Virus record (IMG/VR): IMGVR_UViG_3300029775_000374
Coordinates: 1-28,860 of that record
Length of the DNA stretch: 28,860 nt
Origin: a virus
Lineage: Duplodnaviria; Caudoviricetes
Reading direction: 5' to 3' (one strand)
The first letter of the stretch is position 1. Every line of letters starts with the position of its first letter. Shown piece by piece: positions 24,196 through 28,860 of the stretch. The notes under the pieces are model-generated. The model made no database searches and was not told where the DNA came from. It was given only the letters and a program-made list of their open reading frames with translations. The position numbers and the translations under genes were made by a program.

Positions 24196-24706
24196 TGACA
24201 ACTCCTTTATCAAGCGGCAAGTTGCCGCTTCTACGGTTGCGTAAGCGCCCCAAGATGCCCTTCTCGATTCTGCATCCAAGGTTCGTGATATCGCCTTTGT
24301 TTGTATTCACGTATCTGCCATCTGCAAAGCCGACCGCGCCGATGGTGGCGAGAGCAGCCAGGTAGAGATAGGCGTATTGGCGGCTAACCTTCATGGCTTT
24401 GCCGAGATCCCGGACATTGGTGATCCGGGAGCGATCCAGGATATCCAAGATCTGGCGGCCGGTGGCGACGTTGAAGCTGAAATTCATGCATCCGTTTAAT
24501 GTGCTGTTATTTACCATTTCCTCGCGACGCGCGAGATAGATGCCGGGCTCGACCAAGCGGATATTGCCCTTTGACAGCAGCCTGGTGATTACCGGGTGAA
24601 CCTGTTTGCGGGATTTTCCAACCATCTCGCAAATAATGTCCAAACTGAAAGGTTTCCGATATTGGGCTACGAAGTTTTCTACAAGTTTACTTATGCTGAG
24701 ATCCAT
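24188..24706 (-). CDS. double winged-HTH-like protein
   Basis: Two HTH-like segments (LDIICEMVGKSRKQVHPVITRL; VRDLGKAMKVSRQYAYLYL); follows the MuB-like gene. Confidence 0.65.
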   Translation of the reverse strand: MDLSISKLVENFVAQYRKPFSLDIICEMVGKSRKQVHPVITRLLSKGNIRLVEPGIYLARREEMVNNSTLNGCMNFSFNVATGRQILDILDRSRITNVRDLGKAMKVSRQYAYLYLAALATIGAVGFADGRYVNTNKGDITNLGCRIEKGILGRLRNRRSGNLPLDKGVVSG

Positions 24707-25417
24707 TTATGCCTCCAAATCCCGTACAGTAATCACACTGAGCTTTTTGGCATGGGCAACTGACTCCAAACTGTGGAGCAGCTTGATCGTGTCCCGCAAT
24801 GTACCCTTATTGCGGCGGTACACATAATCCACAATGTCCTCTCCGAACTTGGCATCCATTACTGTCGCCATCAAAAACGCAATGTCCTTCTTGCTTGGGC
24901 TTTGGAATTCACAGAATACCCCGCATCTGTCAAAATAATATCGGTTTATCTGATACAGTCTGTCTTTCGCGTTCTGCATTCCCACCAATATCACTACCGC
25001 CAATGTCTCATCCACAATGTCCCGAATGGCACTTAGTATCTTCTGTTCCTTGAACGCATAGTCGATCTCATCGATCACGATCACCACCTCCGGATGCTCT
25101 GCCAATATCCCGATCACGCTGTTGAATATTCCTGCCGCACTCCCGATCACTGGGTTATTACCCATGCCAAGATGTGCCAATATCGCCTTTTTCAGCGCCA
25201 CAGCAAATGTCTTGGGCGTCATCCAGACCTCCAGACGCAGATAGATGTACCCTCGGCCGTATGCCATCCGCTGCGCATATGTTGTCTTGCCTAACCCCGG
25301 ATGCCCGTAAATCAGTCCCAGCCCCACCATCTCCAGCTTCGGACGGTTCAATAGATAGTCCACGCACTTATCGGCGTTCACCACATTGCTTAGTCTTGCC
25401 AATTTACCTTGCTTCAT
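24707..25417 (-). CDS. MuB-like AAA ATPase (transposition protein B)
   Basis: Walker A GHPGLGKT, Walker B IVIDEID, VILVGM; directly after the transposase. Confidence 0.9.
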   Translation of the reverse strand: MKQGKLARLSNVVNADKCVDYLLNRPKLEMVGLGLIYGHPGLGKTTYAQRMAYGRGYIYLRLEVWMTPKTFAVALKKAILAHLGMGNNPVIGSAAGIFNSVIGILAEHPEVVIVIDEIDYAFKEQKILSAIRDIVDETLAVVILVGMQNAKDRLYQINRYYFDRCGVFCEFQSPSKKDIAFLMATVMDAKFGEDIVDYVYRRNKGTLRDTIKLLHSLESVAHAKKLSVITVRDLEA

Positions 25418-25421
25418 GTTG

Positions 25422-27611
25422 TTACCTCTCTATTCCTATGATTTTTTGTATCTCTTTAAAGCTCACAGTTCCCGCCAAATCACCCTCTTCCTCTTTCATT
25501 AGATCTTCCAGAGTGATCACCTTGCCCGTACGGTCGGACGCCGTTCCGACCTCTTCACTCTCTGCAACCTCCTTAGCCTTCTCCTCCAGCCGCTGCACAT
25601 CCTCATTCACGTCATAACGCTTCTGTGGTGCTGGCATCATCGGAGGCTGCACAAAGCTCGGCATCTCTTCCCCGCGCTCGGCCTTGTTTCTATCGATAAT
25701 CTCTTGATTCTTAGCCACTTCAGTATCCACAGCCTTTTTGGCGATGGTGACCAGGCGTTTGGTGTCTTTCTTGATCCGGCGCTGGATCCCGGAGATCTCG
25801 CGATCCTCTGCCCATAGCTTCTGTGCTGCAAGGGGGTTATTCAGCTCGGCAAACACCCATCCGCATTGACTCTCACGCATTGTAGCCTGGCAGATATACC
25901 GGCTCTGTATGTCATAAACCAGTATGCTTCTCAGGTCGTTATAGTCGTAGCGGATGATCACGCTCTTGCCGATGTTATCTACCAGCTCGGGTGCCCAATA
26001 GAGGTTCTTGTAGAGAACTATGCCCTCTTCGCGCACCTTCTTCCGCTCAGCCGTCAGCATCAGGAAGTTTAGCTCCACCGGGTTCACTGCCCTTTCCGGA
26101 TTCCGTTCCGCGGCGGCAAATACCTCATAAGGCTTGGCTTTGATGCTTTGGTGCACCGCCATGCCATATTCCCAGCGGATCCATTCATAGATGCTGGCCA
26201 TGCACTCATTGTATTCCATGGCTTTAGCGCCATACATCTCTATCATCCACTTCTCGTTTCTGGCCATATGTGCCGGCTTATTCTGGATGGAGGTACCGCA
26301 ATAGCTTGCCTGGCGCTTTTCCCACTGATCTTGCATGGTCTTAAAGAAGCGCTCCACATTCTTGCTCCTGGCATTGTATGTCCGGGCAAAATGCGCATCA
26401 ATCCCCAACTTGGGGAATATTCCGGCAAATTCTCTCTCCAGGTCATGCTCTTCCCATTTAGCATTAAAGAGCTTGCTCCTGAAGGCCTTGCCATTATCCA
26501 GATATATGAAGGGCGGTATATATTCGCAATTTAGCAGCGCGTTTCTCACGGCCGTCAGGGTGTGCGCGCTGTCCTCTGTCAGGGCCAGGCTCATCCCCAC
26601 CGGGTACCGGCTGCCCCAGTCAAAGATCATTATCAAGGTAGGCCTGAAGGGCTTGCCGGTGATCGGGTGTTTTACAAAGACGCTCAGCTTGTGCCCATCC
26701 ACCACAAGTACCTGTAGCGGCTTGATACTGCTATCGTCCCTTTGAATGGATTTCACCACAGTGTCTTTAACCGCCTTATCCCCTTTTCTGCCCTGCACCC
26801 ATACTGCCGGATTATCCTCGGCAAAGTCCCGGCACCAGCGCTTTAAGGTAGGGATGCTGCTGGGGCTTTCATGTGCTCCCAGGGCTGCTTGTGCCTTCAG
26901 CTCGCGAATAGCGGTCATAATCGGCTTCTCCCACCCGCATAGCAGTGCTCCGGTCAAAAAATGCTGCTCTATATAGGTCACCTTGCGGCCCCGAATCTTC
27001 GCAGTGTTCTTGTGCACCAACTCAAACATATCATGGTCAGATCTCTGCCACTTCGTGTACCAGTGCCTTAAGCCCCGCTCGCTACGCCGGCCCTTCAACC
27101 TCCGCAGCTCCGGAACCAGGCTCTTCTCATTGTAATCCTCCGTGATCTTGGCCCATTCCGCCGTCTTACTCTCCGCCCCGGCCAATCTGCGCTCCACTTC
27201 TCCCATAAATAAAGCAAAAAGCTGAGCCTCGTCCATCCGGTGATACGGCACAAAATCAATTGTGCCTGCGCTCGCCGTAGCGCCTATTGTAGAATCGTCA
27301 TCTTGACGCTTGCCCTCAACTCTTAAGGATTGCTTAACAGTTCCATCGGTTTCAGTGGTTTCAGTGGTTTCAGTGGTTCCAACGGTTCCAACGGTTCCAA
27401 CGGTTCCAACGGTTCCAACGGTTCCAACGGTTCCAACGGTTCCAACGGTTCCAACGGATTGCTCCAAAATTACCATCCACTTTCCATTGGGCTGACCTTG
27501 AACTTCCTGGTGCACTGCCGGGATTTTTCCGGAAGCAATACCTTTTCGAATAGCCCTTGCGCTCTTCCCAACCATCTCGGCATATTCCTGCACGGGGATA
27601 AACTTTTGCAC
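25422..27611 (-). CDS. MuA-like DDE transposase
   Basis: VVDGH / YLDNGKAF / SKNVERFF catalytic motifs; Mu-type C-terminal (IRYDYNDLRSILVYD); N-terminal HTH; GTG start with AAGGAG RBS. Confidence 0.94.
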   Translation of the reverse strand: MQKFIPVQEYAEMVGKSARAIRKGIASGKIPAVHQEVQGQPNGKWMVILEQSVGTVGTVGTVGTVGTVGTVGTVGTVGTTETTETTETDGTVKQSLRVEGKRQDDDSTIGATASAGTIDFVPYHRMDEAQLFALFMGEVERRLAGAESKTAEWAKITEDYNEKSLVPELRRLKGRRSERGLRHWYTKWQRSDHDMFELVHKNTAKIRGRKVTYIEQHFLTGALLCGWEKPIMTAIRELKAQAALGAHESPSSIPTLKRWCRDFAEDNPAVWVQGRKGDKAVKDTVVKSIQRDDSSIKPLQVLVVDGHKLSVFVKHPITGKPFRPTLIMIFDWGSRYPVGMSLALTEDSAHTLTAVRNALLNCEYIPPFIYLDNGKAFRSKLFNAKWEEHDLEREFAGIFPKLGIDAHFARTYNARSKNVERFFKTMQDQWEKRQASYCGTSIQNKPAHMARNEKWMIEMYGAKAMEYNECMASIYEWIRWEYGMAVHQSIKAKPYEVFAAAERNPERAVNPVELNFLMLTAERKKVREEGIVLYKNLYWAPELVDNIGKSVIIRYDYNDLRSILVYDIQSRYICQATMRESQCGWVFAELNNPLAAQKLWAEDREISGIQRRIKKDTKRLVTIAKKAVDTEVAKNQEIIDRNKAERGEEMPSFVQPPMMPAPQKRYDVNEDVQRLEEKAKEVAESEEVGTASDRTGKVITLEDLMKEEEGDLAGTVSFKEIQKIIGIER
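27348..27455. repeat. in-frame 9-bp tandem repeat
   Basis: (GGTTTCAGT)x3 then (GGTTCCAAC)x9, encoding (VGT)9(TET)3 in the transposase. Confidence 0.97.
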
Positions 27612-27631
27612 TACATCTCCTTTCCTACAGC

Positions 27632-27669
27632 ATAAAGAAGGGCGGCGGGCGTCGACTCCACTGCCGCCC
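27632..27669 (-). terminator. terminator-like hairpin just upstream of the transposase
   Basis: GGGCGGC...GCCGCCC stem followed by TTCTTTAT. Confidence 0.5.
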
Positions 27670-27693
27670 CGGAGCTGTAGGTGCTATCAAAAT

Positions 27694-27888
27694 TCAAAGC
27701 AGCCCACTGCACAGCACCAGGGCACGTGGCTTCACCGCTCGTCTTTGAGGGCATCTGTGTCTGCAGATAAATAGCCTGGTTACATTGATGGGCTGCTTTG
27801 AATACTGAATCGTAGAAACGGCTTTTAGCCGTTTGAGAACAGAAGGCGCAGCTACCGGATCCGGTTTCGCATCTCCGCGATCCTCCAC
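27694..27888 (-). CDS. possible small hypothetical protein
   Basis: 64-aa GTG-start ORF in operon orientation; weak RBS. Confidence 0.3.
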   Translation of the reverse strand: MEDRGDAKPDPVAAPSVLKRLKAVSTIQYSKQPINVTRLFICRHRCPQRRAVKPRALVLCSGLL

Positions 27889-27906
27889 TTAGCCGCGCCT
27901 TCACGC

Positions 27907-27934
27907 TTGACAAATAAGGGGACGCGTCCATTCT
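27907..27934 (+). promoter_or_regulatory. sigma70-like promoter
   Basis: Perfect TTGACA, 16-bp spacer, CATTCT; ~35 bp upstream of a plus-strand ORF. Confidence 0.6.
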
Positions 27935-27968
27935 GGTGAATGTCACTAAACCATTAAAGGAGCGTCCA

Positions 27969-28160
27969 ATGGAAAATATTGATTTGTTAGAGCTGATTCT
28001 ACGCGAACAGCGCATCACCAACCACCTCTTGGCCACTCTGCTCACTGAGCACCATAAGTCCCTTGAAAAACAAGGATATTCACATGATGAGATGCCCATC
28101 AAGGAGTGGAATATCATGGCAAAACTTAAAGCGTCAGCGGAGGCCATTGATAATTCCTAA
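27969..28160 (+). CDS. small counter-oriented hypothetical protein (63 aa)
   Basis: AAGGAG RBS before ATG 27969, own promoter, stop overlaps the stop of the convergent gene. Confidence 0.7.
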   Translation: MENIDLLELILREQRITNHLLATLLTEHHKSLEKQGYSHDEMPIKEWNIMAKLKASAEAIDNS

Positions 28161-28711
28161 AACAGCGGATACTTAAAAGACCCGGCAATTTGCAGCACCA
28201 ATCTGGCATGCAGAGCGCCTTTGTGTACTAAACTTTCGTATATTCTCAAGGCATCATCGAGGGCATGCTCGTTCGTATTCCGGCACCTTTCGACTCGTGC
28301 ATCATATTCACCTTGTTTGATAGACGCTCGCTGTTCACTGATTTGCTTACGAATTTCCTTGATCTCCATCTCATCAATATGCTTAGGTTCAGTTTTAAGA
28401 GCCTCAATCTCAGGATTATATGCGGGATGTCCCTTTTCGTATCCGGGGAAGGGATCGTAGCTCTCGATGATGACCAGGTTAGGATTACTCTTGGTGTCGA
28501 TGTTGATGTTGAATAGCCGCTCGCCATTGTAGAAGGTAGTAATATCTCTGTTGTCTTTGCTCTCCAAGCAACTGGCTAACATGCTTGGCGCCATTTCCAT
28601 ATCTATTATAGTTATTCCGCCAGACCCTTGTCGGTTGTAACGGAACCGCAGCTTTTCGGCAGTGATCAAGTATTCCTGTCCCTTATTGAATTGAAGCATA
28701 AATTCCTTCAT
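28157..28711 (-). CDS. hypothetical protein
   Basis: 184-aa ORF, ATGA-coupled to the upstream ORF. Confidence 0.7.
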   Translation of the reverse strand: MKEFMLQFNKGQEYLITAEKLRFRYNRQGSGGITIIDMEMAPSMLASCLESKDNRDITTFYNGERLFNINIDTKSNPNLVIIESYDPFPGYEKGHPAYNPEIEALKTEPKHIDEMEIKEIRKQISEQRASIKQGEYDARVERCRNTNEHALDDALRIYESLVHKGALHARLVLQIAGSFKYPLF

Positions 28712-28860
28712 CTCCCACCCCCACTTGACTTCAGCCCCAAAGCCTGGTGAAACTCCTGGTTAATCTTCATCCCCGCAGGCATCGCAGCCCTGTTCACCTG
28801 CACCTTCACCACCCCGTTGATCCGGGTGTAAAGCAGCACTAATTCTTTCTTGCTCTTCAT
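28708..28860 (-). CDS. small hypothetical protein (50 aa; may extend beyond window)
   Basis: MKSKKELVLLYTRINGVVKVQVNRAAMPAGMKINQEFHQALGLKSSGGGR; ATGA overlap with next gene. Confidence 0.6.
   Translation of the reverse strand: MKSKKELVLLYTRINGVVKVQVNRAAMPAGMKINQEFHQALGLKSSGGGR

Larger units (their letters stand above)
1..28860 (-). mobile_element. Mu-like transposable prophage/phage with siphovirus-type tail (internal portion; ends outside window)
   Basis: DDE transposase next to a MuB-like ATPase, GemA-like, DUF3164-like, terminase, Mu F-like, portal, capsid and tape measure genes, all co-oriented and tightly packed; no tail sheath gene seen. Confidence 0.93.

Noticed and set aside
22737-24279. 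Long N-terminal extensions given in the ORF track (starts 22880, 23380, 24279)
   Set aside because: They overlap upstream genes; downstream starts have RBSs or stop-start overlaps
27348-27455. Tandem repeat as CRISPR array or replication iterons
   Set aside because: 9-bp units with no spacers, in frame within the transposase
27611-28147. 178-aa minus-strand ORF upstream of the transposase
   Set aside because: Overlaps the better-supported plus-strand gene, its promoter and a hairpin; Ser/Cys/Arg-rich non-protein-like sequence

Overview
The window is the core of a Mu-like (transposable) prophage or phage with a non-contractile tail, encoded almost entirely on the minus strand. Read right to left it has an early region (DDE transposase with an in-frame 9-bp tandem repeat, MuB-like AAA ATPase, GemA-like and DUF3164 proteins, an M15-type peptidase, and a small HTH regulator). 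Two late units follow, each starting at a copy of the same 53-bp promoter-like element. They carry terminase subunits, a Mu F-like head protein, neck genes, a PBSX-type portal, a protease-capsid fusion, two paralogous tail-tube genes, a -1 frameshifted tail chaperone, the tape measure and tail-tip genes. The main feature is an apparently intact diversity-generating retroelement (DGR) between terS and terL. Its 120-bp TR (16575-16694) and VR (16718-16837) differ at 16 positions, all at TR adenines, next to a DGR-type RT with a YSDD motif. The DGR is atypical. It has no recognisable avd, the TR lies inside an 85-codon ORF coupled by ATGA overlaps to both target and RT, and inverted repeats flank the TR. 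Two small unknown genes follow the RT, and the target may be a capsid-spike fibre rather than a tail fibre. An unannotated 48-aa ORF repeats an internal motif of the tail-tip protein. Prophage ends, the repressor and the host cannot be determined from this window. Family assignments are from motif recognition by eye, not database searches.
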